A stretch of DNA of 64,000 nucleotides from Ostreococcus lucimarinus (Eukaryota), in NCBI GenBank assembly GCA_000092065.1, contig CP000593.1, one strand, 5' to 3'. The notes below the pieces were generated by a model. It ran no database searches and was not told the DNA's origin. It saw only the letters and a program-made list of their open reading frames with translations. Shown here piece after piece: positions 38,738 to 48,299 of this stretch (its first letter is position 1; each line of letters starts with the position of its first letter). Both the position numbers and the translations under genes were made by a program.

Positions 38738-39814
38738 CTACGCTACGAATTTCAAATACTTGTCGTCGGGGTACAAGACGATGGTGAACACGGCGCCCAT
38801 CTTTGGCGCGCATGAGTCGCGCTCAATTTTCTTTCTCGGCTCACCTGTGAGTTCGCTCGGCATGTGTGCGAAAGCCCAAACAGTGACGACGGCCCACGGT
38901 GCGAGCCCATCGTTCACGATCCTTCGCGCGATATCAATCACGCGTCGAGTATCTGGATACAACATCAAACCTCGCCAGCGACGCGTCTCGACGATGTCGC
39001 CTCGGTCGTCCTCGGCGCCCTCCATGTAGGCGTCTCCTAGACTTATGCGCCCACAAAATTCTAAAATCCGATCTAAATCATCAACATCGATGTCCTTTTC
39101 CTCGCCTCTCATCGGTGGACTCGCAGACGCGAGTAACACGGCACTTTGACTCACCAAATTGACGCGAACTTGCGACGAAGTCTTGACGCTCTCTGCGCGC
39201 CTCGCCGCCGTCACTGTGCGTGGAAACTTGACCTCCTCGTGCGCACCACTCACCATGTACGCGCACAATACCTTTGACTTTCCCGTTCGCTGCTCAAACG
39301 CCCGCGCACACGCCCCGATTCGATCGTGAAACCAATTCCCCACCTTGAACTCTTCTCGCGTCAAATTCACGCTCGCGAGCGCCTTCCCGCGCGCGTCCTC
39401 CGTCGTTTGCATCCCCAAACTTTCCTTTGCGTCCGCCATGAGCGACGCAACGAATCGTCCCTTCGGCGTCACGCAAAAACAATCGTCCGAATCTACCTCG
39501 GCGTCGATCGTCGTCAGCCCAAACGTCGCGCCCGCGTCGCGCGTCTTCGTCTTCGCCGCCGTCCACCGTCGCACGTGTTCGTGCACGAAGTGCGGGTCCA
39601 GCGCGTCCGCGATCGACATCTCCGCCTCGAAATGTGTCCCGACGATCGCATTCGCGTCGTCGTCGAGCGCGCGCGCGATCGCGTCCTCGTCGTCGCGCCG
39701 TCCTCGCGGCACCGCCACCTCGACCGATTTCGCGAGCGCGAACGTCGTCGCGAGGGCGTCGTCGACGTCGCACTTCGCGTGCGCGAACGACCGCCACTGC
39801 GCGCGCCTCGCCAT
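38738..39814 (-). CDS. Hypothetical protein (about 360 aa), unassigned
   Basis: The long ORF 38738..40150 has a spurious first ~110 codons that are the antisense translation of the ACAD 5' introner. Start proposed at the ATG complementary to 39812-39814 (MARRAQWRSF...). The downstream sequence is non-repetitive and coding-like. Confidence 0.45.
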   Translation of the reverse strand: MARRAQWRSFAHAKCDVDDALATTFALAKSVEVAVPRGRRDDEDAIARALDDDANAIVGTHFEAEMSIADALDPHFVHEHVRRWTAAKTKTRDAGATFGLTTIDAEVDSDDCFCVTPKGRFVASLMADAKESLGMQTTEDARGKALASVNLTREEFKVGNWFHDRIGACARAFEQRTGKSKVLCAYMVSGAHEEVKFPRTVTAARRAESVKTSSQVRVNLVSQSAVLLASASPPMRGEEKDIDVDDLDRILEFCGRISLGDAYMEGAEDDRGDIVETRRWRGLMLYPDTRRVIDIARRIVNDGLAPWAVVTVWAFAHMPSELTGEPRKKIERDSCAPKMGAVFTIVLYPDDKYLKFVA

Positions 39815-39959
39815 CGGTGCTCGCGCCTCGCGTCCGCGTCCGCGTCGGCGTCGGCGTGTGTCGTCGCGTCGCGTCACTTCAAGCCGACGGCACAATCGAT
39901 CGAATCGTTCAATCATGACGACGCGCGAGCCGTTCGGCGAGGGCGTGCCTTTCGGCGAC

Positions 39960-40152
39960 GTGCGTGCGATGCGACGCGACGCGACGCGATCGGGCGCGCG
40001 GACGACGCGGACGCGCGCGACGAGACTGCCGCGAATCGATGGAATTCCGAGGACGGTTACTAACCCGACGGAACGAATGAATCGACGCGACGCGACGCGC
40101 GGACGACGCGACGCGGAGGACTGACGACGGTACGAATCGATGGTCATCACAG
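39960..40152 (+). mobile_element. Introner-like element in the 5' region of the acyl-CoA dehydrogenase gene (193 nt)
   Basis: GTGCGTGCGATGCGACGCGACGCGACGCGATCGG...TTACTAAC...GACGCGACGCGACGCGCGGACGACGCGACGCGGAGGACTGACGACGGTACGAATCGATGGTCATCACAG. A possible exon 1 (39915..39959, MTTREPFGEGVPFGD) joins in phase 0 to 40153, 13 codons upstream of ATG 40192. Confidence 0.65.
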
Positions 40153-40191
40153 CCGTCGTGGTACACGACGTTTAATTCGCCGTATTACACG

Positions 40192-41397
40192 ATGTCGCAC
40201 GCGAAGTTTCGAGACAAGGTGCGAGCGTTCGTGGAGCGGGACATCGCGCCGTACGTGCACGAGTGGGACGAGACGAAAACCATACCTCCAGAAGTGTACA
40301 GAGCGACGTACGCGGCTGGGATATTACCCGCGGTGGTTGGAAAACCGTGGCCGAAGGATTTGGTCCCCGAGTGCGAGGAACCGGAGCATTTTGATTACTT
40401 TCATGAGTTGATCGTCTTTGACGAATTCGCGCGGTGCGGGAGCGGCGGCGTACTTTGGGGACTACTGGAGGGCATACACATCGGTTTGCCACCAGTTTTG
40501 AACTTTGGGAGCGAAGATTTGCGACGAAGGGTAGGAGCTCCGTGCTTGCGAGGGGAAGGGATCATATGTCTGGCGATCACGGAGCCGTACGCCGGCAGCG
40601 ACGTGGCGAACATTCGGTGCGAGGCAAAGTTGGATCCGAGCGGGAAGTTTTATCGAGTGACGGGGGAGAAGAAATGGATCACGAATGGGATTTGGGCAGA
40701 TTATTTCACCGTCGCGGTGCGCACGGGTGGGCCGGGCATGGGTGGGATTTCGCTCCTAGTCATCGAGCGTTCGATGCCTGGCGTGGATTGTCGCCGCATG
40801 GACTGCATGGGCGTTTGGGCGAGCGGCACCACGTTCATCACCTTTGAAGACGTGAAAGTGCCAGTCGAGAATTTGATCGGCAAAGAAAACGAAGGCTTCA
40901 AGTATATCATGCACAACTTCAATCACGAACGTTGGGGGTTTGTGATTCAGGCGAATAGGTTTGCACGCGTGTGCTATGAGGAATCGTTCAAGTACGCGCA
41001 CCGTCGAAGAACGTTTGGTAAGAAACTCATCGAGCACCCAGTGATTCGACACAAACTCGCTGAGATGATTCGACAAGTCGAGGCGACGCATTACTTGCTA
41101 GAGACCATCACCTATCAAATGAATACCATGACGAAGGAAGAATCTTCGAAAGCGCTTGCGGGTATCACCGCGTTGGCCAAAGTGCAGAGCACCAAAGTGT
41201 TTGAATTTTGCGCCAGAGAAGCGGCTCAGGTGTTTGGTGGGGCCTCTTACGTCCGGGGAGGTCAAGGTGAAAAGATCGAGCGGCTCTACCGCGATGTTCG
41301 CGCTTATGCGATCCCGGGCGGGAGCGAGGAGATTATGCTCGATTTAGGTGTTAGACAGGCGATGAAGCAGTGGCAAGTTGCGCAATCGCGTCTCTAG
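40192..41397 (+). CDS. Acyl-CoA dehydrogenase (ACAD family)
   Basis: 401 aa. N-terminal helical domain (FRDKVRAFVERDIAPYVHEWDE), middle beta domain, and C-terminal motif YAIPGGSEEIMLDLGVRQAM typical of ACADs. Possibly extended 5' by the exon upstream of the introner. Confidence 0.9.
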   Translation: MSHAKFRDKVRAFVERDIAPYVHEWDETKTIPPEVYRATYAAGILPAVVGKPWPKDLVPECEEPEHFDYFHELIVFDEFARCGSGGVLWGLLEGIHIGLPPVLNFGSEDLRRRVGAPCLRGEGIICLAITEPYAGSDVANIRCEAKLDPSGKFYRVTGEKKWITNGIWADYFTVAVRTGGPGMGGISLLVIERSMPGVDCRRMDCMGVWASGTTFITFEDVKVPVENLIGKENEGFKYIMHNFNHERWGFVIQANRFARVCYEESFKYAHRRRTFGKKLIEHPVIRHKLAEMIRQVEATHYLLETITYQMNTMTKEESSKALAGITALAKVQSTKVFEFCAREAAQVFGGASYVRGGQGEKIERLYRDVRAYAIPGGSEEIMLDLGVRQAMKQWQVAQSRL

Positions 41398-41444
41398 CGC
41401 TGCGCTTGTAATTTACTATCTTTGCTATTCCTAACATTGCTATT

Positions 41445-42788
41445 CTACAATTCGCGCGCGGCTGAGATGAGCTCGCTTGACGACGGAATTTTGTTCTCTA
41501 CTTCTTCGTCGTTGGCTGCGTTTTGCTCGAGAAACGAAATCCACAAGTCTGCGACTGGTACTGGTTTGTTCTCGCCCGTAGCGCCCGTAACTTCGAGTGC
41601 GACGCCTATCGCACCAGCTGCAATGCTCACGGGCGCGCGCGCGATCGTTCCGAGCACACCTCGCTTTTTCTGTCGTCTCTTTAGAGCTTCCATCCGTGCC
41701 TTTTGTTTGTCGGTGAAGCCGAGCATTTTTGCGAGCAAATCGAGCACGTCCTCCGCTCGTTCGCGTTCGAGATAAGCGATGAATAAATCGCTCACTATGC
41801 GCTTATCCAACAATTTCTCACTCTCTACCATCATATCGCTGCTCTTTTGAAGGGCGTGATGGAGCGCTTTCCTGAGCTTACTCGCGTCGCTCGTGGCCTT
41901 GATGCATTCCTCCTTGGCGATTTTCAAGTGAGCCTCAAACTTAGTCAACCTTTCCTCCGCTTCCTTCGCCTTTTCTTTGGCTTCCATGCATGCTGCTCTA
42001 TCAGCAGTCGCCTGCGAGGTGAGTGCGGCTAGCTTTTGTCGTAGATTCGCCGACTCAATGCGCTGCGCGTCCGCGCTCTCGATTTCAGCGTAATATGCCC
42101 CGAGCGCCTTTTGTAAATTTTCCACCTCTTCGTCTCGAGCCTTTATCACCTCCCGCAACCTCGTGACCTCGGCATCGTTTCCACTCATGTTCTTCTTCAA
42201 GTCGCTTAAACGCCGTTCGTATTCTCGCCTTTCCTCCTCTCTCGCCTCGTCTATTTCTCGTTCCTGTTCCTCCGCCACCTCGTCCTCTTCGTCCTCCAGC
42301 GCCAACAAATGTGCCCTCAATTTCTTCAATTCCGTCGCCATCTTGTCGCGCTCACTCCTCAACGTCGCGATCTCTTTCTTGTGTTCGTCCTCCCTCGACG
42401 CATTCCTCGCTAGATCCATCCCCCGCATTCGTTCCGCCTCGCTCGCGCGCTCCGTCAACGCCGCCACCCTTTGCCGCAGTGCCCGCGCATCGTCTCCATC
42501 CGCGCCTTCCGTCGCCCCGCTTCCCTCGTTCATCGCTTCCACGATCGCCGCTGTCTTCGCTTGTTCTTTTTCGACCGCTCGCGCGACGGCCTCGCGCAGC
42601 TTCGCGTCGGCGTCGGCGCGAAACTCGGCGAGTTTTCGTTCAAAATCTATGGAAGCATCCGCGACCGTTTCCGCTTCTGTGGACGACCGCGCGGACGAGG
42701 ACGCGATTTGCGAGGTCTCGCGCGCTTTTTCTCGCTCGCTCACGACTTTCGCGCGAAGTGCGGCGATGCGATCCGCCGCCGACGCCAT
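41445..42788 (-). CDS. Long coiled-coil protein with a C-terminal GRIP-like segment (golgin-like, tentative)
   Basis: Heptad-rich E/K/R/A sequence over ~330 aa. C-terminal VSDLFIAYLERERAEDVLDLLAKMLGFTDKQKARM resembles the GRIP domain core (F.Y[LM].GRE...V[IL]..VL.F.D.Q...[IL]). Confidence 0.55.
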   Translation of the reverse strand: MASAADRIAALRAKVVSEREKARETSQIASSSARSSTEAETVADASIDFERKLAEFRADADAKLREAVARAVEKEQAKTAAIVEAMNEGSGATEGADGDDARALRQRVAALTERASEAERMRGMDLARNASREDEHKKEIATLRSERDKMATELKKLRAHLLALEDEEDEVAEEQEREIDEAREEERREYERRLSDLKKNMSGNDAEVTRLREVIKARDEEVENLQKALGAYYAEIESADAQRIESANLRQKLAALTSQATADRAACMEAKEKAKEAEERLTKFEAHLKIAKEECIKATSDASKLRKALHHALQKSSDMMVESEKLLDKRIVSDLFIAYLERERAEDVLDLLAKMLGFTDKQKARMEALKRRQKKRGVLGTIARAPVSIAAGAIGVALEVTGATGENKPVPVADLWISFLEQNAANDEEVENKIPSSSELISAAREL

Positions 42789-42901
42789 GGCGCCGAGTTA
42801 TGGCGCCGCGCGCGCCACGCGGCGCGGACGACTTTGGGGATTTCGTGATCCAGGGATGCGAATCGCCTAACACTAATGGGTCTTACATGAAACTTTGTCC
42901 G

Positions 42902-43705
42902 CTACGACGGACGCGGCGCGGACGCCAACACGTCCTCGCTCGAAAGACGCACGACGCGCTCGTCCAAAACAAACTCAAACGTGCCGCCGTCGATGAGCAC
43001 TTTGATCGGTTTCTCGCGCTTGCGCGCGACGAGCCAGAGACATCGCGACGAGATAAAAGCAACGACACCTTCGCGACCGACGAGATCGGGCGCGCGCGCG
43101 TGACGCACGACTTTGAGCACGCAACCGTGTAAGTCGAGCCCGCGCGTCAGTCGCGCCTCAGCCTCGCCGCGCTTCGCGTCCTTCACCAGCGCCCGCGCGT
43201 ACTTTTCCCACAGCCCGCGCAATTTCGAAAACGCGCTCCACGTACACTGTTCCGGCCTCAATCCGTACAATCCTTCCCTCTTTAATCGCGTTTTGCTCAT
43301 CATCGCTCTGCGCGCCTCGGCGAAGCGCTTCTCCCGCTCCCGCGCTCGCGCCTCCCCCGCGTCCACCACCCTCTCCCAATCATTCACGAGCACCAGCGCT
43401 TTATCCGCGCTCAGCTTCGCTCGCAAATCGTCCTCCGCGTCCGCGCTCGTCCCTCGTCGACGCGTCGCCAGCATTCGCCGCGCGTACGCCTCCGCGTACG
43501 CCCTCCGCGCCGCCGCCTCCTCGCGCGCCGTCGCCCGCGCGCCCGCGAACGTCTCCTCGTCCTCCCCGATCGACGGCGCGTAATACGACGTCGTCGGATC
43601 CGCGTCCGCGTCCCGCGCCGTCGTCGTCGCCGCGCTCGACGCCGTCTCGCGCGAAGCGCGCCCGCGCATTCGCGCCTCCAAATCCGCGATTCGCGACGCC
43701 TTCAT
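42902..43705 (-). CDS. POP4: RNase P/MRP protein subunit Rpp29/POP4
   Basis: The C-terminus (DLHGCVLKVVRHARAPDLVGREGVVAFISSRCLWLVARKREKPIKVLIDGGTFEFVL) matches the Rpp29 Sm-like core (DLhGa.i.V..S..p.lVG..GIVv.ET...f.Iit....k.IPK....F.F). The ORF-track start 43993 overlaps the next gene; ATG at 43705. Confidence 0.6.
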   Translation of the reverse strand: MKASRIADLEARMRGRASRETASSAATTTARDADADPTTSYYAPSIGEDEETFAGARATAREEAAARRAYAEAYARRMLATRRRGTSADAEDDLRAKLSADKALVLVNDWERVVDAGEARAREREKRFAEARRAMMSKTRLKREGLYGLRPEQCTWSAFSKLRGLWEKYARALVKDAKRGEAEARLTRGLDLHGCVLKVVRHARAPDLVGREGVVAFISSRCLWLVARKREKPIKVLIDGGTFEFVLDERVVRLSSEDVLASAPRPS

Positions 43706-43865
43706 CGCGCGCCTCGTCCTCGCCGTCGCCCCGTCGCTCGCCCGACCGCGCGTCGCGTCGCGTTCGTCGTCGTCGCCGCTCGAGCGTCGTCGAAGCCGCC
43801 GCACGCCGCGCTCTGCGGCGTCGATTCGATTCCATTCCAATCCGCTCGCCGCATTCGTCGTCGCG

Positions 43866-45977
43866 ATGCGTCGCGCGCGTCGCGCGCGGCGCCTCGCGCT
43901 CGGCGCCGCGCTGACCGCGCTCGCGCGCGTCGCGCTCGCGCGCGCCGACCGCGCGTCGATCGCCGTCGTGGGGAGCGTGAACGCCGACGTCATCGCGCGC
44001 GTCGGAACATCGGTCCCGCGCCGCGGAGAAACGCGCGCGGCGACGGCGGCGCGCGTCGAGCGCGCGTGCGGAGGGAAGGGAGCGAATCAAGCGGTCGCGG
44101 CGTCGCGATTGACGTGCGAGCGCGGCGGGAAGGCGGCGTTCGTGGGACGATTCGGGGAGGACGAGGCGGGGACGACGCTGCGACGCGCGCTGCGGCGAGA
44201 GACGGATGTGTCCGGGAGCGTCACGATGGCGCGAGGGAGCGGAATCGAGACGGGAATGGGGTTCGTGATGCTGACGGACGATGGATCGCCGAGCGCGGTG
44301 GTCGTGGGGGGGGCGAACGCGCTCGGATGGAACGCGGACGACGAGGCGCTGGCGAGCGAGTTTCGCGAGGCGCTGCGAGGCGCGAAGACGGTGATGCTGC
44401 AGCGGGAGGTGCCGGAACGCGTGAACGTGATAGCGGCGACGGTTGCGAGGGAAATCGGTGTGCGAACGATCGTGCTGGACGCGGGAGGCTCGTTTCACGC
44501 GGCGGATGAGGCGTTGTTGGCGCTCGTGGATTACGTCGCGCCGAACGAGAGCGAACTCGCGGGAATGGCGGGAATGCGCGTGGAGGAGGTTTCTTCTGGG
44601 GACGAAGCGGTCGTTAAGGCGGCGAGAATCGTCGCAGGAACGTCGCGCGTCGCCGTTCTGTGCACGCTGGGGAGTCGAGGATCGTTGCTCGTGAGAGGCG
44701 AAGACGTCACGAGAGTCGAATCGATGGAACTTCCGGCCGGCGCCAAAGAAGTGGACGCCACCGCGGCTGGTGATGCGTTTCGCGCCGCGTTCGCGGTGGC
44801 GATGGCTGAAAATAAAAACGAGCGCGACGCCATGAAGTTCGCCAGCGCCGCGGGGGCTTTGGCGGTGACGAAGTTGGGTGCGATGCCAAGCCTTCCATTT
44901 CGGAGCGACGTGGATGAATTTCTTGGCGTTTCAGATCCGTGCCGAACGTCCCCTATCTCGTCGTCTTCGTCGTCCAGTGAGGCGGCGATCGAGGCACTTC
45001 GATTTGCCAGTAGATTGAATAGCATGAAATCTCGCGCAGACTTATTCACGGATGCCGAACCGGACGTTCCGGAAGTCTTCAACCTCATAAAGCGCATGGG
45101 ACGCGTTCAGGGCGTGCATTCGGTGTTTCTCAACTACCCCGAACATTTCATCGGACCAGACGGCAACGAGCTCGCGGCAGTGGAATTGCGAGACAAGATT
45201 CTTGCCGCGAAGTTGCGCCCTGGCGCCGTATGCGTGCGATTTCCCGAGGAGCCGTTTCGATTGGGCGCGTTCTCGAATCCCGATGGCGTGATTCGCGAAC
45301 ACGCGGCGACTTTGGCACGCAAGGCGTGCGCGACTGCGACCGCACTCGACGCAGACGAAGTCGTCATATGGCCTCGCTACGATGGATACGATTACAATCT
45401 CCAAGCGGATTACGCCACGGCGTGGGAGGACATGATTGTCGGTTACAAAGCAGTGGCCTCGAGCGAAGAGTGTCGCTCGCTCAAGTTGAGCGTCGAATTC
45501 AAGCCGACGGACGAAAAGAGCCGTTTCAGCTTCATCCCCACCACAGGTGCCGCACTCCTACTCGTCGACGCCGTGGGCGAGCCCAACTTCGGCCTGACAC
45601 TGGACGTCGGCCACGCGCTCGCCGCGGGCGAGAATCCAGCCCAGTCCATCGCGATGGCGGCTTCGAGAAACGCTCTGTTCGGCGTCCAACTCGGCGACGG
45701 TCACACCCGTCTCGGCGCCGAAGACGGTTTGATGTTCGCCTCCGTCCATCCTCACGCCGCCATGGAATTAGTCCGCGCGCTACGTCGCATATCCTACGCC
45801 GGCGTGCTCTACTTTGACACCTTCCCTCTCAACGAAGATCCGGTGGCGGAAGCCGAGCGAAACGCCCGCGTCTTCCGCGACTTCTACGCCCGCATCGTCG
45901 ACGTCGAGGTCGAAATCGAAGATGCCATCGCCAGTCGAGACGCCATTCGAGCTCTCGACGCCGCATCACGGATGTGA
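43866..45977 (+). CDS. Fusion protein: N-terminal pfkB/ribokinase-family sugar kinase plus C-terminal xylose-isomerase-like TIM-barrel (sugar isomerase/epimerase) domain
   Basis: Kinase: AVVGSVNADV...GGKGANQAVAA...DATAAGDAFRAAFAVAM (ribokinase DTxGAGD). Ser-rich linker. TIM barrel: LSVEFKPTDEKSRF, LDVGHALAAGENP, GVQLGDGHTRLGAEDGL. Confidence 0.78.
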   Translation: MRRARRARRLALGAALTALARVALARADRASIAVVGSVNADVIARVGTSVPRRGETRAATAARVERACGGKGANQAVAASRLTCERGGKAAFVGRFGEDEAGTTLRRALRRETDVSGSVTMARGSGIETGMGFVMLTDDGSPSAVVVGGANALGWNADDEALASEFREALRGAKTVMLQREVPERVNVIAATVAREIGVRTIVLDAGGSFHAADEALLALVDYVAPNESELAGMAGMRVEEVSSGDEAVVKAARIVAGTSRVAVLCTLGSRGSLLVRGEDVTRVESMELPAGAKEVDATAAGDAFRAAFAVAMAENKNERDAMKFASAAGALAVTKLGAMPSLPFRSDVDEFLGVSDPCRTSPISSSSSSSEAAIEALRFASRLNSMKSRADLFTDAEPDVPEVFNLIKRMGRVQGVHSVFLNYPEHFIGPDGNELAAVELRDKILAAKLRPGAVCVRFPEEPFRLGAFSNPDGVIREHAATLARKACATATALDADEVVIWPRYDGYDYNLQADYATAWEDMIVGYKAVASSEECRSLKLSVEFKPTDEKSRFSFIPTTGAALLLVDAVGEPNFGLTLDVGHALAAGENPAQSIAMAASRNALFGVQLGDGHTRLGAEDGLMFASVHPHAAMELVRALRRISYAGVLYFDTFPLNEDPVAEAERNARVFRDFYARIVDVEVEIEDAIASRDAIRALDAASRM

Positions 45978-46151
45978 TCGATGTAATAACGACGCGCGCC
46001 GCGACGCGCTCGCCGTCCCGTCCCTCGCGCAGTTCCACAGGCGCGGCGCGCCCGGCGTCGTCAGTCGCAGACGCGCGTCCGTCGTCGCGCCCCTCGCGCG
46101 CGACGAAGCGACGCGCTCGCGCGCGTCGCTCGCGCGCGTCTGTCGCGCGCG

Positions 46152-47876
46152 ATGTCGCTCGACGACGACGCCGCGCTCGTTCGGACGCCGCGCCGCAGTT
46201 TCGACACGACGACGGAATCGACGCCGACGGACGCGGGAAAGGGCGCGGACGACCGCGCGACGAGTCCGATGAGCGCGCTATCCGCGCGATCGTCAGCGCA
46301 GAGCTCTCGCGAGGGTCTCGGGCAGGCGGGACAGGAGGCGTCGGAGGGCGCAAAGCTCGCCTGGACGGCGACGCTGATCGGCGACGCGCGCGCGAGTCGG
46401 AGGTTGACGCCGAGTGAGCTGAGAGCGAATGGAAAAGAGGATGGAACGTGGATAGGGAGTTCGCTCGATGCGGACGACGACCGGGACGACGATGCGACGA
46501 GGTCGGGACGGTTGTCGGAGACGAGCGCGTCGAGCTCGCAGAGCGGGACGTTTAGGAGCGCGTTGGGGGCGGTCCCGGAGGAATGGGACGCAGATCCCGA
46601 CCCGCTGGGAATGGCGAAACCAGAGGACGTGTTGAATGCGTCGATGTTCGGGTGGAGATTTCGCCTGGAGGATTTTCAGCTCGTCAACGTCATCGGTCGC
46701 GGGCGATATTCCGTGGTATACAAGGCGTTTTATCGCAGGATGAACTTTGAAGTGGCGCTGAAGTGCTACATCAAGGCAAAGTTGAAACTGCACGTGTACG
46801 AACAGATTGCGCACGAAATTGCGGTGCATCATAGCATGGAACACTCGGCCATCGTGGGATTTTTTGGTTCGTTCATCGACACTTCGACTGGGAACTATTA
46901 TTTAATACACGAGCTTCACAACCGGGGCGACGTTTTCAACGCTTTGGCGCGAGTTGGAGGAAAGTTTAGTGAAAGCCGAGCAGTGACGGGAGTTATGAAA
47001 TGGGTCATCAAAGCCGTCGCGCACATGCACGCGATGAACGTCATACACCGAGATATCAAGCCTGAAAATGTCGTACTCACCGATGACGGCAGAGCGAAGC
47101 TGACGGATTTCGGCTTTGCGTTACATTTGGAGTGGTTCAAACCGCTCGGGCGTTTGGGAACGACGGATTACATGGCGCCGGAGGTTGTACGCTGCGATAA
47201 AGAGTTTCGAGAACGATACCTCCGATTGAATCGCGCTGGGTACGGCAAGGCTGTGGATTTATGGGCCATCGGCGCTTTGGCGTTTGAGCTCGTCGTCGGG
47301 TTTCCGCCGTTTCAGTCGACGAGTCGACAGCAAGCGTACGATATGATTCTCCAAGGTTCGTTCAAGATCCCTGCATTCGTCAGCGAACACGGCGCCGATT
47401 TCATCCGCAAATGCCTCGTTCTCGACCCGAGCGCGAGATTGAAGCCGGAAGAAATGTTAGAGCATCCTTGGATTGTCTCGCTCGGTTCGTCTGGGGAACC
47501 GCGCGCGAACGCGCCGAGAAGCGTTCTCGATTTCGACGCTAACTTCATGAAAAGAGCGCTGTCAGCCGCGCCGGCGACAAAACGCGCGCCAAACAGCCTG
47601 TCATCTAAATTTGCTGCGGCAAATATTTCGCGAGAAGCGCTCGATTCGATCAAGGACGAATTAGATTGGCAGTATGCGGCGAACAACGTTGAGCTCATCA
47701 GCAGTGGACGAGCCGAGACGACGGTGAACCGATCTGCCACCGCCTTTGCGGTTTCAACGGACGTGAACGCGCCTGATTCTACCGCAGTCGTTTTAAGCAC
47801 GCGCTCTTTCAGTCTCAGTCATAGAATTCGAAGGATGGGATCGAATTTTGTGCGTCGCTTCCGAACGCGAGATTAG
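46152..47876 (+). CDS. Aurora-like Ser/Thr protein kinase with a ~170-aa disordered N-terminus
   Basis: IGRGRYSVVYKA, VALK, HRDIKPENVVL, DFGFA, GTTDYMAPE, DLWAIGALAFELVVGFPPF and LEHPWI are collinear with Aurora kinases. Confidence 0.85.
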   Translation: MSLDDDAALVRTPRRSFDTTTESTPTDAGKGADDRATSPMSALSARSSAQSSREGLGQAGQEASEGAKLAWTATLIGDARASRRLTPSELRANGKEDGTWIGSSLDADDDRDDDATRSGRLSETSASSSQSGTFRSALGAVPEEWDADPDPLGMAKPEDVLNASMFGWRFRLEDFQLVNVIGRGRYSVVYKAFYRRMNFEVALKCYIKAKLKLHVYEQIAHEIAVHHSMEHSAIVGFFGSFIDTSTGNYYLIHELHNRGDVFNALARVGGKFSESRAVTGVMKWVIKAVAHMHAMNVIHRDIKPENVVLTDDGRAKLTDFGFALHLEWFKPLGRLGTTDYMAPEVVRCDKEFRERYLRLNRAGYGKAVDLWAIGALAFELVVGFPPFQSTSRQQAYDMILQGSFKIPAFVSEHGADFIRKCLVLDPSARLKPEEMLEHPWIVSLGSSGEPRANAPRSVLDFDANFMKRALSAAPATKRAPNSLSSKFAAANISREALDSIKDELDWQYAANNVELISSGRAETTVNRSATAFAVSTDVNAPDSTAVVLSTRSFSLSHRIRRMGSNFVRRFRTRD

Positions 47877-48299
47877 TTCGCGAACCGCCTCGCTCTTGTA
47901 CACTTCTTGTATATTCATTCTTTCTTGTTTTCTTGTAATTCGAGGTACAACTGGTGCGAAAGTAACATTAAAAGAACATCAAAGAATCGTCTCGAAGCTA
48001 CTCATGGTCTTGAGATGCGCGCGAGCGCTCACGAATTCTTGCCGGACTCAACAGCCGCGACACCGCGCGACTTCGCCCCAAACTCCGGTGGGAACGTATT
48101 TACACCACTCGGCGCACTGCCCTAGGGTAGATAACACGATCAGCGCGATGTAAGCGAAGCGTTGATTGTGTTGATTGACGATAAAAGCCATGATTTGGTT
48201 TGAAGCGTGAAGCGAGCGTGCGTGCGTCAAAATGAGGTCACATGGTTCGTACACCGTTGCATCGTCTTCCGATGCTCTCCTACAAACATTGCCTATGCG

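Noticed and set aside
43401-44498. 365-aa minus-strand ORF antisense to the ribokinase-fusion gene
   Set aside because: Arg/Gly-rich shadow with no motifs.
43866-45977. Bacterial contamination or recent horizontal transfer, considered for the ribokinase/TIM-barrel fusion
   Set aside because: GC content, GC3 codon bias and the tight eukaryotic neighbours (POP4, Aurora-like kinase) are identical to the rest of the window. It is a host gene, and at most an ancient acquisition.
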